A stretch of 64,000 bases of DNA from Squalus acanthias (Eukaryota): positions 75,022,001 through 75,086,000 of the forward strand of contig CM059432.1 of the NCBI GenBank assembly GCA_030390025.1. Direction: 5' to 3'. Below the pieces are notes generated by a model. The model searched no databases. It had not been told where the DNA came from and was given only the letters and a program-made list of their open reading frames with translations. Of the stretch, positions 1 through 13,380 are shown piece after piece (position 1 is the first letter of the stretch; every line of letters starts with the position of its first letter). The position numbers and the translations under genes are program-made.

Positions 1-677
1 TGGAAAAGGATAGAGGGCTATGGATAGGACTTTAAATTAGTAAAATGGGGGAAGGGATCTGGTGAAAATAACATAAGCCTGAAGATAAAAGAAATAGGAG
101 ATGAGAGTAAAGGTCAGACTAAGGTAAAGAATAAGGGTAACATAAACGGTCGGGGAACAGATACAGTTGTAGAACATAAGTATAAAGTGACTTAAAAATA
201 AAGTGAGTGGAACAATTAATAAAAACAAATTAAAATTGCTGTGCACAGCATCCAAACTAAAATGGGGGACTGGAGGCAATAATCTGTAGTGAGGAGCCAG
301 ATGTAGTAGGGGATAGGGATAACTGAACCATGGCAAAATATAGAACAGGTCTGGCAGTTAAATATTGCAGGATAACACATATTTAGATAGGATAGGGAAG
401 GAAGAAGGGGAGAGGTGGTGTGGTAGCTGTACTAATTAGAGATAACAATGGCTGTAAAAAAAGGGACATAACTAACATTAAGATAGAAACAGAATCCATA
501 TGGATTGAGACAAAGGATAAGAAGGGATCAATCACGTTAATAGGAATATTCTACAGACCACCTAATAGTGGAAGGGAAGTGGAGGAAGAAATATCTAGGC
601 AAATCTGCAAAATGAGTAAAAGACATAGAATAATAATCTTGGGAGATTTCAACTACCCCCAAATAAACTGGCTAGAA
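1..677 (+). mobile_element. CR1 LINE fragment (AP-endonuclease region), left part of a copy split by the 678-3570 insertion
   Basis: ORF 420-683 contains ESIWIE, GIFYRPPNS and ILGDFNYPQINW, which are CR1 APE motifs. Confidence 0.85.
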
Positions 678-3570
678 TCATAGAATGATACAGTACAGAA
701 GAAAGCCATTCGGCCCATTGTGCCTGTGCCAGCTCTTTGGTAGAGCTATCCAATTAATCCCACTCTCCTGCTCTTTCCCCATATCACTGTAAATTTTTCC
801 CTTCAAGTATTTATCCAATTCCCTTTTGAATATTGCTATTGAATCTGCTTCCACCACCTTTTCAGGCAGTGGCATTTCAGATCACAACAACTCGCTGTGT
901 AAAAAAACATTTCCTCGTGTCACCTCTGGTTCTTTTGCCAATCACCTTAAATCTGTGTCCTCTGGTTACCGACCCTTCTGCCAGTGGAAACAGTTTCTCC
1001 TTATTTACTCTATCATGACTTTGAACACCTCTATTAAATCTCCCATTAACCTTCTTTGCTCCAAGGAGACAACCCTAGTCATATACACATCAACCGCACT
1101 ACCCTTATCAACCCTCTCCGTTACTTCATCAAAGAACTCGATCAAGTTAGTCAAACATGATTTGCCTTTAACAAATCCGTGCTGACTTTCATTTAGTAGC
1201 CCATACTTATCCAAATGCCAATTCATTTTGTCCCGGATTATTTCCTCACTATTGACGTTAGGCTGACTGGCCTATAGTTGCTGGGTTTATCCCTCTCCCC
1301 TGTTTTTAAACAGGGGTGTAACATTTGCAATCCTCCCGTCACTGGCACTACCCCCATATCCAAGGAGGATTAGAATATTGTGGCCAGAAGCCTCTGCAAT
1401 TTCCACCCATACTTCCCTCAGTAACCTAGGATGCACCCCATCCAGACCAAGTGACTTTTCTACTTTGAGGACTGCCAACCATTTAAATAACTCTTCTTTA
1501 TCTATTTTTATCCTATCCAATTTTGCTACTGCCTCTCCCTTTACTGCTACATTGGCAGCATCCACTTCTCCAGTGAAGACAGATGCAAAGTACTCATTTA
1601 GTATCTCAGCCATGCCCTCTGCCTACATAGAATATCTCCTTTTTGGTCTCTAATCAGCCCCACTCTTCCTTTTACTATTTATGTGTTTATAAAAAAACTT
1701 TTGGGCTCCCTTTTATGTTAGCTGCTAATCTATTCTCATTTTCTCTTTTTTAGATCTCCTCTGTACTTTCTATGTTCAGCTTAGTTCTCTACTGTATTAT
1801 GAACCATACAATTGTCATAAGCCTCCTTTTTCTGTCTCATTTTAACTCTATATCTTTAGTCATCCAGGGAGCTCCAAGCTTTGGATGTCCTTCCTTTCTC
1901 ATGGGAATATGTCTACTCTGTACCTGAACCATCTCCTCCTTGAAGGCCTCCAATTTGTTCAATTACTGTTTTGCCTACCAATTTTTGATTCCAGTCCACC
2001 TGGGCCAGATCCCTTTTCAACTCACTGAAGTTAGCCCTCCTCCAGTAAATATTTTTAGGCTTGATTGTACCATGTCCTTTTCCATAACTATCCTAAACCG
2101 AATGATATTATGATTCCCCAAATGCTCTCCCACTGAAACATGCTCCACTTGTCCCAGTTCATTGCCCAGAACTAGATCCAGCACTACCTCCTTCCTCATT
2201 GGGCTGGAAACACACAGATCAGGAAAGTTCTCATACATATTTCAGGAATTCCTCCCCTTCTTTGCCTTTACACTGTTACTATCCCAGTCTATAATAAGAT
2301 AATTGAAGTCCCCCATTATCACTACTCTGTAGCTGTTGCATCTTTCTGTAATGCCCGCATATTTGCTCCTCTATCTCCTTCCCACTATTTGCTGGCCTAT
2401 AGTATATACCCAGTAGCATAATAGCTCCTCTATTGTTCCTTAATTCTAACCAAATAGATTCTGACTTTGACCCCTCAACTACATCATCCCTCTCCAGTGC
2501 TATAACAGTTTCTTTGATCAGTACTGCCACCCCCTCCTCCTTTTAATCCTTCCCCATCTTTCCTTAATACCTTGTAGCCAGGAATATTAAGTTCCCAACT
2601 CTCCCCTTCTTTGAGCCAGGTCTCTGTTATTGCCACTATATCATAGTCCCATGTGATAACTTGCGCCTGCAGCTCACCAACCTTATTTAACTACATATAT
2701 TCACTCCAAGCCCATCTTAGACTGCCTCGTATTTTGCCCCTGTCTGATCCCTCCTATTTCTGAACTATTCTTTACTCTAGTGCTATTTGCCTCTCCCAGT
2801 CCTCTGTGCACCTTGTTTCTCCTCTCTAATGTTTCATCCTGTTGTTCATCCCCCAGCCAAATTAATTTAAACAGTACTAGTTAACCTTCCCGTGAGGACA
2901 TTGGTTCCAGCTCTGTTGACGTGCAACCTATCCACCTTGAACAGGTCCCTCCTGCCCCAGAACTGGTCCCAATGCCTCAGGAATCTGAAGCTCTCCCTCC
3001 AGCATCATTTCTCCAGCCACACGTTAACCTGTTTTATCCTACTATTCCTATACTCACTAGCACGTAGCTCCAGGAGTAATCCAGAGATTACTACCTTTGA
3101 GGTCCTGCTTTTTAACTTCCTCCCTAGCTCCTGAAACTCTGACTGCAGGACATCAACGCGTTTCCTTTCTATGTCATTGGATCCCACACAGACCACAACT
3201 TCTGGCTGTTTCCCTTCTCCCCTCAAAATGTTCTGCATCCTCTCAGTGATGTCCTTTACCCTAGCACCAGGGAGGCAACACACCAAGCGGGACGCACAAC
3301 GGTGGTTGCAGAAATGCCTGTCTATCCCGACTATCGAATCCCCACAGTGCAGTGGATGTGCTCTAGACTGCACTCCCCACTGTGTCGTCACTCTCACTGG
3401 TATTCAGCGCTGAAAACCGGTTTGAGAGTGGCACACTCCCGGAGAATTCCTGCACTGCCTGCCTCTTCCCACCCTGCCAGATGACCACCCACTTACTATT
3501 CTCCTGAACTCTCTATAGCTGCGAGGTGACCAACTCCTGGAACATGCACTCCAGGAAATTCTCAGCCTCC
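678..3570 (-). mobile_element. Decayed CR1 LINE with ORF1 esterase, APE, internally deleted RT and 3' tail
   Basis: ORF1 SGNH motifs GDSIV, CCLPGARVKD and VGSND (3005-3397); APE GIYYRP; QHGFVKGKSCLTNL; CR1 3' tail at 678-730. Confidence 0.9.
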
Positions 3571-3575
3571 CATAT

Positions 3576-5285
3576 GAGGTAGGGAACAGGGAAAAGGGAA
3601 TGGAGCTTTTATAGTGTGTCCATTCTTACCCAGTACATAAGAAGCCTAAGAGAGGAATCACTATTGGGTCTAGTAATGGGAAATAAACGATAGTAGATAA
3701 GAGAAGCAAGCATAGGGAAACATTGAGCAACAGTGATCATAACATAATAAGCTTTAAGATAACGATCGAGAAAGACACAAGTAAGACAAAGACCAAATAG
3801 ATTGTGAAAATAGCTCATTTTGAGGGAATGAGAATGGAACTAAAAAACTGGGGAAAAAATTGACAGAATAGCAGTGGGAAATATTTAAAATGGTGATTAA
3901 GAGTTCAGGAGAAATATATTCTTCTAAAAAACAAGAACAAACTAGCCAATAATAAAACACCATGGATGAATAAAGAGATAAGGGTAAAACTGAAACGAAA
4001 GAAAAAGGTATACACACTAAGTACATAGACAATAAAGGAGAGGATGTCAAAAGGGAAAAGGAAGAGATTAGGAAAGTAAAAAAAAAGTTTTAAAAAATTA
4101 GGAAAGCAAAGAGGAACTACGAAATTGAATTATCAAGGCTTGACCAACTTTATTGTATTCTTTGAAGTAACAAAGAGTAGACAAGGCTAATGCAGTAGAT
4201 GTAATATATTTGGATTTTCAAAAGGCCTTCAATAAGTAGACTTATGACTAAGCTCAGAGCATGTGGAGTCAGGAGGGAAGTGGTGTTGCACAGGGATCGT
4301 TGCGGGGATCTCTGTCGTTCACAATTTATATTAATGATTTGGAATTGGGAATCGGAAGTACAATTTCAAAATTTGCGCCGACACCAAATTGGGAGGTACA
4401 GTTAATACAAAGGAAGAATGCGACAAAATACATTAATAAACTTGCAGAATGGGCATGCAATTGACAAATGAATTTCGATATAGATAAGTGTAAGATGGTA
4501 CATTTTGTAAGAAGAATAAGGAGGCCACATACTGCTTGGATAATAAAGGTCTAAATGGAGTAGAGGAGCACTGGGGTACGGATACACAAATCACAAAGCA
4601 GCAATGCAAGTTAATAAGGCCATTAAAAAAAGCAAGCCAAGCACTGGGGTTCATTTCTAGAGGGATAGAATTGAAAAGTAGAGAAGTTATGTTAAACTTG
4701 TATAGAACCGTGGTTAGACCACACTTGGGAGTACTGTGCACAGTTCTGGTCTCTATATTATAAAACGGATATAGAGGCATTGGAGAAGGTGTGCAAAAGA
4801 TTCACAAGGATTATATTAGAACTGAGAGGATATACTCATCAGGAAAGGCTGAACAGATAGGGGCTCTTTTCTCCAGAAAAGAGAAGGCTGAGGGGTGACC
4901 TGATAGAGGTCTTTAAGCTAATGAAAGGGTTTGATAGGGTAGATATAGAGAAAATGTTTCCACTTGTGGGGGTGTCCAAAACTACGGACATAAATATAAG
5001 ATAGTCACTATTAAATGCAATAGGGAATTCAGGAGAAACTTCTTTATCCAAAGAGTGGTAGGAATGTGGAACTCGTTACCACAAGCAGTAGTTGAGGCCA
5101 ACAGCATAGATGCATTTAAGGGGGAGCTAGATAAGCACATGAAGGAGAAAGGAATAGAAGGATAAGGATATGCGGATAGGATTAGATGAAGAGGGGTGAG
5201 AGGAGGTTCGCGTGGAGCATAAACACCGGTATAGACAAGTTGAGCCGAATGGCTTGTTTCTGTGCTGTTGATTCCATGTAACTCT
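3576..5285 (+). mobile_element. Old CR1 LINE, continuation of the 1-677 copy through RT and 3' end
   Basis: Resumes in APE, then degenerate DFQKAF, IYINDL, LYRTVVRPHL, RLRGDLIE and a CR1 3' UTR. Confidence 0.85.
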
Positions 5286-5954
5286 ATCCCTCTCCCATTC
5301 CCCTGTTCCAAACATTGTCCTCCTTTCACTTTTGTCTTGATGCATGGACCGCAGTACTGCTGAATAAGATTTTCTTTTTTAATCTCTGACTTGATTGACA
5401 GGACTGTCACTGCAAGATGTGATATTGGGTGAAACAGATCTGATTAATTGTATAGGATATCCTCTTGTCTTGTATGAAGTCAGCCTGGTCATCAAAAGGA
5501 AGAGGTAGTCTGCAATTTTCACATTTTGCTGTGCTATTCGAGTCAGAAGCAAATGAAGGACTCTGGGGAATTCATCTGCTGTAAAGTTTTTCATCACGTA
5601 CACTTGGTCCAAAGTTGCTGGAGAGAGCTTTTATTGGTTTGGAACAGATGGTGCAAATTTAAGTGAAATACTGTAATTTGTCTAATCTGTGGACATTTTC
5701 TTATGTTTATTAAGACATTAAATTATACAGATTAGTAGCTTTTAGTCAGTTAGCTGGACTGTCATTGTGGGCTAGGAAACTGGTCTCATGCCAAAAACCA
5801 GTGCGAAGCGGACAGCGTGCCTGCAATGCGCGCCCAAAGTTGAAGGCTGAGGCTTGCTGGAAATTGGACCTTGGGTGTCATCTACACAATACCGGTGAGC
5901 TGCGGACGCCAATCAGTATACAGCTCGCTGGTTGGGGCCCTGGAAAATTTGGTG

Positions 5955-6212
5955 AAAGATCCTATGGCACTATTTGAAGAGGAGTAGGGGAGTTCCCCTG
6001 GTGTCCTGGCCAATATTTATCCCTCAACCATCTCTAACAGACTATCGGGTCATTTATCTCATTGCTGTTTGTAGGACCTTGCTGTGTACAAATTAGCTGC
6101 CACATTTCCCTACCTTACAATACTGACTACACTTCAAAATTACTTAATTGGCTGTGAAGCGCTTTGAGATGTCCCATGGCTGCGAAAGGCGCTATATAAA
6201 TGCAAGTTATTT
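5955..6212 (+). mobile_element. Deu-domain SINE (SacSINE1-like), 3' half
   Basis: Colinear with the 42647-43071 copy: atggcactatt..gtcctggccaatatttatccctcaacc..ttgctgtttgt..gaaaggcgctatataaatgcaag. Confidence 0.8.
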
Positions 6213-6885
6213 AGTTTCCTTTTTACATTAACTAATTCCTCACCTGAGGGCTCTTCTAACCACTGTTTTGCACCTGCCTTATAGAATACATTGCAACAAA
6301 TTGCATTCTAGAAATGAAATCCAATTTCTTTGGTATTACAAATTAGCCTAATGGGAAGATCTTTCAGAATCTTTGCTGATTTCTCTGGTCCAACTGGTAT
6401 TTTTACTCTTCCAATCCTTCTGCTCCCAGTCTGCTTTTCTTTTCCATGGAAATTTGGTTCTGTTCATCTCATATCTCATTCCTGCATTTTCAACTATTAC
6501 CCTTACACTCAAACATTTTAAACTGTTGTTAACTCAAATTATTCATCAACTTGAAAGTTCTGGCCTTCAGCTAACGGTCTGGTTCTCTTGCCTCTAAATT
6601 CTCTCTCTACTGAAATTTAAAAAAATATATTGTGTCAGTGAAGTGATTGATATTATTCTAACTGGTACGCAAGGTTTTACACATCACACTTTCTGCTTTT
6701 ATAGATGCTAAATATAACTTTACTGAAAACTGTTAACTATTGTCTGAATGACCCTCCAGCAACTATTCATTTTGGTGTTTTACTGAAACTGTCTTGCAAT
6801 TTCTGTGAAATCACCTTTCCACCTCTTCCATCCCTATAATTTAGCAACTTGAAAATTCTGGTCTTGAGCTCACTGTCTGACTCTC

Positions 6886-7381
6886 AGAGTCATAGAGTCA
6901 TAACGGCACAGAAGGAGGCCATTCGGCCCATCGAGTCCGTGCCGGCTCTCTGTAGAGCAATCCAGTCAGTCCCATTCCCCTGCTCTATCCCCGTAGCCCT
7001 CAAGTGCCTAACCAGTCTCCCCTTGAAAACATTGAGTGTCTCCGCTTCCACCGGCAGCGAGTTCCAGGTCATCACCACTCGCTGCGTAAAAAAGTTTTTC
7101 CTCACGTCCCCCCTGTATCTCTTGCCCAAAACCTTAAACCTGTGTCCCCTCGTCCTTGTACCATCAACTAGTAGGAACAGCCTTTCCCCGTCTAGCCTAT
7201 CCAAACCTGTCATTATCTTGTACACCTCTATCAAATCACCCCTCAATCTCCTTTGCACTAATGAAAACAAATCCAGCTTCTCCAACCTGTCCTTGTAGCT
7301 AAGATTCCCCATCCCCGGAACCATTCTAGTAAATCTCCTCTGCACCCTCTCAAGGGCCTTCACATCCTTCCTAAAGTGTGT
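6886..7381 (-). mobile_element. Young CR1 3' fragment, same subfamily as 18901-22875
   Basis: ORF 6890-7363 has ALERVQRRFTRM, RRLRGDLIEVYKI and FFTQRVV; (TATGACTC)n tail. Confidence 0.92.
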
Positions 7382-8056
7382 TGCCTCTATCTCTCTACTG
7401 CATTAAAAAAATATATTACCATTGCTTCTCTGAATTGTTCTTCCTTGCTCCCCTCCCAAGGTCAAAATAAATCATCTACATGCTCTTTCATGTCCCTGCA
7501 TCCTCAATGTGTTGAAGGATTGAGATGGACTGCGATGCCCCCGTCCTCGCAATCAATTACCCTTTTAATCAACCTGAGCTTGCCATCTTTCTGTATTTAT
7601 ATTACATGTATATTATGTGATGCTTATATTGTCTGGACTATTTTCATTGCTCCAGTGCAAATATCATTGTCCAGTAACAGTAGCAGGCACGACTTCTTCA
7701 TAACTAGATTTCCATATCTACTCAATGAGATACACAAACAGATCTGATCCCTCTCCGCAACTCAGTAATTACCCCAGAAGTGTTATTAGCTTGTTCTAGA
7801 TGCTATTTCCATTTAGACTCTCTTTTTTATCCCTTTGTTTCTCTCTCAGCCTGCCTACTTCTCATTCTCTCTGTTTTGGCCCTTTATTTTTTTTGACCTA
7901 CTGCACTGACCATGGGGAGAGATGAACATCAGGCCAGTAATTTGTCCTTTTTAATTTGAAAGTCAAAAGGTTGAACTTCATGATTTGAGGTACTGATTGA
8001 AATCAGTTATTACAACTTTCAATAAGCTATACAAAGTTTACAAATACATTCCTCAC

Positions 8057-8207
8057 CTAAAAACTGCTGTCTGTTTGCCTGTCGTTTAATTGCTAGCTTC
8101 ACCAGATCTGCAGTTGGATTTGGCATGTCAGCCACTTCTCCATAGGTACTGATTGCTCTTTGAAGTATCTCATTGCTTCGCATCTTCTCTGCCAAATCAT
8201 CCTCTGA
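8057..8207 (-). CDS. ASPH: ASPH coding exon, SEDDLAEKMRSNEILQRAISTYGEVADMPNPTADLVKLAIKRQANRQQFL(G), 151 nt
   Basis: Matches ASPH EDDLAEK..SNE.L..AI.TY.EVA....R..RQQFLG. Acceptor catcTAG; donor TAG|GTGAGG. Confidence 0.96.
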
Positions 8208-8744
8208 CTAGATGAAACCATAAAGTATTATCTGCACAATACAGTATTCAGTTTAATACAAACTCCATTACAAAATAACGCTTCAGAATGCTTTTATGTT
8301 GCTAATTCTCTGCAGCTGGATAGAAACTCACTAAGTGTGTGAGAATATTTTCCTATGAATAAAACCTCCATCCAAAAATACTTTGACAAATCATTGTGAT
8401 TTTCATTTCCTATTAGGTGAGAGATAAATGTTAAGCACATAGAAGCCAGTCTCTGAGCAGTATTTCCGCTCCATTTTCATATATGATTTTATTTAAAAAG
8501 ATACCCTTCTTCATTGATTGCTCCTATAGCAGGCTCCTCACCAACATGCAGCCTTCTCCAGCTCCCCACAATGGTATGGCTTCAGATAATTACAAAACAA
8601 CATAGAAATAACTGAAAGATGTTGTTCATGGCTCTTTGTAACTAAGCAATGAATATACTTGTAACTATACTGATTGCAAGGTTCCTTCTTGGGCAATTTT
8701 TCACCAATTACTATACCTAATCAACTTTTAATATACTGTAGTTA

Positions 8745-8960
8745 TGAAAAGGCATGGTTACTTCGCCTGATTCTTATGCTGGAAACTGTACATGCGTGGA
8801 CATTAGTTAAAGACAGGATTGGACATGACTATGATGCCCCCCACCACTCATCGTCTAGGCTCACATGAAGAATAACCTACTTGGGAGATGTATCAGTGAA
8901 GGACACGTGCTTATTGAATCATACCCCATAATCAGCTACTTAAGAGGGGAGAAAAACTGG
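8745..8960 (+). repeat. Old SINE-like interspersed repeat fragment, related to 44560-44890 on the minus strand
   Basis: Shares gtctaggctcacat..gaagaata..acttggg with the reverse complement of 44590-44640. Confidence 0.45.
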
Positions 8961-9112
8961 AAAAAAATCTGTTCTGTGGCATGGGAAAGAGAAGTTTAAA
9001 AATAACAGATCACACTTCTCCTTAACTATTTTTCAACATTAAAATTGAAGTAAAAAAATAAGAGCCATTGAATCTCTATGCTTGCAGCATAAAGTTTACA
9101 AAGTGTACTTGC

Positions 9113-9199
9113 CTGGGCTTTTCCATATTTAGCTCGGGGACTCTGAGGGTAGCTTCTCAGAAGTTCATTAAATGCCTTGAGCGCTTCTTCAGATTTGCC
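9113..9199 (-). CDS. ASPH: ASPH coding exon, GKSEEALKAFNELLRSYPQSPRAKYGKAQ, 87 nt (TPR region)
   Basis: Matches ASPH GKIEEA...YPQSPRARYGKAQ. Acceptor ccccttTAG; non-canonical donor CAG|GCAAGT; phase 0-0 continuity with both neighbours. Confidence 0.96.
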
Positions 9200-9349
9200 C
9201 TAAAGGGGGAAGCAAGAGAAAGTTTAATGTTAATGTTTTGGAAATGTTTGTAAATCCTGCAAAAAACCCTGTAACTGATATTTCAGAACAAGTTTAAATA
9301 AGGTTTCATAACAACTCAAAGTTGAGCTGCTAAACCATGTTATCTCAAG

Positions 9350-9710
9350 ATAATTACTGTAGAGGAAGGCCATTCAGCCCATCTTAATTCATTTATCTAT
9401 TAGCATCTTACAGTTCCCACTGCAGCATCCAATTGTTTCATAAATGATTCTGTAAATTCATTCCATATGTTGATCACTGTGAAGAATTTCCTGATATCAG
9501 ACCTAACTTGATTTTTTACTGGTTTAAACCTGTGTGCCTTTGTCCTACTTTTGCAAGATACTTTAAAGTAATATTCTGAATTTACCTTTTCCACATCATT
9601 AGCTATCTCGTCTACTTCTATAAGATCACCTCTTCGACACCACCTTTCCAAACTGAAGAGCACAAATTTACCAGACGTTCCTCCAAATGTACACCTCTAA
9701 CACTGGCACA
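9350..9710 (-). mobile_element. Old CR1 3' fragment
   Basis: LFSLE..RRGDLIEV..SRTKAHRFK in ORF 9400-9663. Confidence 0.75.
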
Positions 9711-9714
9711 AATT

Positions 9715-10440
9715 GCTTCGACATCTATCACCAGATCTGGCTCGACTACCCAAAGCTCCACCAGGCCTCATTCCCTTCTCCCAAAATTGCCCACCACCAG
9801 TACAAGGATAATCTCAGGCTTCTCTTCTCCACTACCAACCATCCATCTCCTTAGACCCTCTCCCCAGTTCCTTCCAACCTCACCTCCAACAAGGGCAAGG
9901 AGCTCAGGGACTTTTCTTTTTACTGCTGCCTCTGAAGCTTCACCCTCCCTCCCTCCTCTGCAGGCCCCCACCCTAGCCCTCAACCTCTCTCTCGTTTCTC
10001 TCATCTCCATACGCACGCTCTCAGAGCTTAAACTGCCCACAGGACCCACCTCTTTCTCCTTTGACCCCATTCATACTAAACTGCTGACTTCCCTTCGTGG
10101 TTTCCCATGTTAGCTGACATTGTAAATAGTTCCCTCTCCTCAGGCACTGTTCCCTCCCTTTCAAAACAGTTGTCATCACCTCCCTCCTTAAAAAACCCAA
10201 CCTCGACCTCGCAAACCATGCCCCATCTCTAACATGTTGTGAGCTTCCATCTCAGCCGCAACTCCTTTTTTGAATCTCTCCAAAAAGGTTTCTGCCCCTT
10301 TTGCAGCACTGAAACAGCCCTGAACAAAGTCATGAAAAAATTCTCTGTGACTAAGATCGTGGTGCGTTATCCCTCCTCAACCTTCTTGACCTCTCTGCAG
10401 CCTTAGACATGGTTGATCCGATCATCCTTCTCCCAATGCC
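9715..10440 (+). mobile_element. Decayed L2 LINE ORF2 fragment
   Basis: DPIHTKLL followed by degenerate VITSLLKKP, STETAL and LLDLSAA-D motifs; C/T-rich sense strand typical of L2. Confidence 0.75.
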
Positions 10441-10442
10441 TC

Positions 10443-11480
10443 AACAATTTGTACTTATATATTGCATCCCAAGGTGTTTTACAGATGCATAATTAAACAA
10501 ATGGATGCTGAGACAAAGGAGGCGGTGGCGTTGGAAATAGTAGGAAGGATCAAAAGCTTAGTCATAGGACATAGAAAGGCTAGCAGAATGGGCAGACAAG
10601 TGGCATATTGAATTTAATACACAGAAGTGTGAGGTGATGTATTTTGGCAGAAGGGATAGGGAGAGGCAATATAGACTTAATGGCACAGTTCTAAAGAGTG
10701 TGCAGGGACAGAGGGACCCTGGGGGTTCATGTGCATAGATCTTTGAAGGTGGCAGGACATATTGAGAGAGTAGTTAGCAAAGCATATGGGGTCTTGCTAC
10801 AAGGTTAGGTTGGAGAAGCTGGGGTTGTTCTCCTTGGAGCAAAGGAGGTTGAGGGGAGATTTGATAGAGATGTACAAGATTATGATGGGTTTGGATAAGG
10901 TAGACAGAGAAAGGCTGTTCCCATTAGCTGATGGTACAAGGACTAGGAGACACAGATTTAAAGTTTTGGGCAAGAGATACAGGGGGATGTGAGGAAGAAC
11001 TTTTTTATGCAGCGAGGGATAATAACCTGGAACTCGCTGCCGACGAGGGTGGTGGAAGTGGAGACGATCAATGATTTCAAAAGGAAATTGGATAGGCACT
11101 TGAGGGAAATAAACTTGCAGGACTACGGGGATAGAGTGGGGGAATGGGACTGACTGGATTGCTCTAGAGAGAGCCGGCATGGACTCGATGGGCTGAATGG
11201 CCTCCTTCTGTGCCATAATGACTATGACTCTATATAGGTGGTTTTTAAGGCAGGGCTTAAAAAAGGAGTTGAAGAGGCAGAGGGGTTTAGGGAGGGAATT
11301 CCAGAGCATGGGGCCTAGGGCCCAGGTGGCTGACAGCACAGCCGCCAATAGTGCAGCAAAAGGAACAGGGTAATGCACAAGAGGTCAGAGTCAGAGGAAT
11401 GGAGAGTTTGGGGAGTGGTTGTTGGGCTGGAGAAGGCTACAGAGATGGGAGGAGAAAAGGCCATGAAGAGATTTTATAAG
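10443..11480 (-). mobile_element. L2 3' end, split by a CR1 insertion at about 10569-11233
   Basis: L2 tail (acaatttgtacttatat..catcccaaggtgttttacag) on the left and LWNSLPKPL on the right; atagg occurs at both junctions. Confidence 0.7.
10569..11233 (+). mobile_element. CR1 3' fragment with an internal deletion
   Basis: Closely similar to 20410-20630 and 22430-22870; ends in the (TATGACTC)n tail. Confidence 0.9.
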
Positions 11481-11489
11481 GAGGAGAAG

Positions 11490-12820
11490 GTATCAGAGAA
11501 CTAGGGGGGAAGAGACCAAAATGTGATAAGAGGTACACTGCCACTGGCGGCTTGGGCGGGGCAGGAGCTGGAAAGTATAGCCAGGCAGGGAGGCTTCGGT
11601 AAAGGTCCACGAATTGTCACCTGTAAGGCAAGTTTCAGTTAAAGTCAGGATGTCAATGCAATTGCCGCGGAAAGCAAGTGCCTTGTTTGCGGGTGTATGG
11701 ACATTTGAGGAAGAAAATGCAGCGAGATAGAGAAATTGTTTATCCACTGGGAGAATCCAAGGGAGTAGTGGTTGGTACAGTGAGCAGGATGGGAAGGAGG
11801 TTAGCCCCCAGTGGGTGTGCTGGGCGGGAAAGTCGGTAAAAGAGGATGATGGGATGGTTGGGGTTGGCTTTCATAAGGAGGCGATGTGTGCCTCAATGGG
11901 ATCAGAGTGCAACTGTAGACTTATTCAAGGGGGATTCAAGCCTGAGGTGGTGGCAGGTGAGTAGGAAGGCAAAGGAGCAGTGGTGGGTTGCGATAGGAGT
12001 TTGGGGGGGGGGGACAAAGTACCTGAGAGGAGAGAAATAAAAGGTAGCATGACTGGGTGACAGGAGGGAGTGGAGACTTGAGAGAAGAGCTCCTGAAGGG
12101 GAAAAGGAAAACAAAAAAGGGAGATAGAAGCTTAAGTTCAGAGCAGCCGCCAAAATACGCACATTAATGGACACATTTTTCTCCGTTGTCCAGCTCAGTG
12201 ACAGCCTTCGCTTGGTTACACTCTTGCATATCTGCTCGTGGCCAGAGCATCTCCAGCAATGGCTTTGTTTCTCACCCACATACCATTAACCAATCTATCC
12301 TTGGCCCCCTCTTCTTCTTCGTCTACATGCTGCCCCTTGGCAACATCATCTGCAAACATGGGGTCAGCTTCCACATGCATGCTGACGACACACAGCTTTA
12401 CCTCTCCAACCACCTCCCTTGACCCTTTCACTCCCTCTGTGCTGTCAGACTGCTTACCCAGCATCCAGTCTTGGATGAGCCATAATTTTCTCCAGCTAAA
12501 CATAGAGAAGGCCAAAGCCACCATCACAAACTCCATACCCTTACCACTGACTCCCTCCCGCTCCTCAGCCACCATCTCAGGCTGAACCAGACTGTTCAGA
12601 ACTTTGATGTCCTATTCGACCCTGAGCTGAGCTTCAGGCCCCATATCCTCTCCATCATAAAAACCGTCTACTTCCATGTCCACCACTACCTCAGCCCATC
12701 TAATGCTGTAACCCTCATCTATGCCTTTGTGACCGCCAGGTGCAATTATTTTAATGCTCCCCTTGCTGACCTCCCATCTTCCAGCTTTCTACATTAAAGT
12801 TGCTATATAAGTTGTTGCTG
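11490..12820. mobile_element. L2 LINE fragments (APE on minus at about 11490-11760; RT to 3' end on plus at about 12170-12820)
   Basis: DILTLTET and LPGYTF on minus; QSILGPLFF..YMLPLGNII..HGVSFHMHADDTQLY on plus. Confidence 0.75.
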
Positions 12821-12834
12821 TTTTCATCATCATC

Positions 12835-13380
12835 AATCAACCTAGTGGCTCTTGTCTGCACTGCCTCGAGTTTGAATGTCTCCTTTTTGTCTCGTCAACC
12901 AGAACTGGGTGCAGTACTTAAGATGTAGTCTGACCAGAGCACTGTATAGGTTGATCATTACCTCCTCTGACTTGTATTCTACTGTTTTGGTTATTTAGTG
13001 CAACGTTCTATTGGCTTTGTTAATTGCTGCTCTGCATTAGTTGGACCTGCTTAGCATTGACTATACCAAGACTCCTAAGGTCTCTTTCAATTTCATTCGT
13101 AGTTATTTCAACACCATTCACAAAGTACATGTGTTGCTTATTTTTCCTTCCCAAGTGCAGTACCTTGCACCTCCACATTTAAATTGTATCTGCCATTGAT
13201 CTGCCCAAACTTATTTTGTCCAACTGTTCTGTAATTTTGGAACTGCTTCCTCTGATTGCCCCATCCAGTTTGGTATCACCAAATCAGTTAACTTTGCATT
13301 GAGTTCGAGACCAGGTCATTAATGTAAATGAGAAGCAGCAATGGTCTCAATAGTGAGCCTTGGTGTACTTCAACTCAGTT
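12835..13380 (-). mobile_element. Old CR1 RT fragment
   Basis: The reverse complement shows degenerate INDL, KCKVLHLG and LVRLHLKYCTQFW-like motifs. Confidence 0.6.

Noticed and set aside
5380..5612. Possible hAT transposase remnant (STAKCE-like motif on minus)
   Set aside because: Only a short motif; the downstream hAT consensus and TIRs were not found.
1..8056. Next ASPH exon (HMRGSL..LGVGYLL)
   Set aside because: Not found by eye; it probably lies beyond the left edge of the window.
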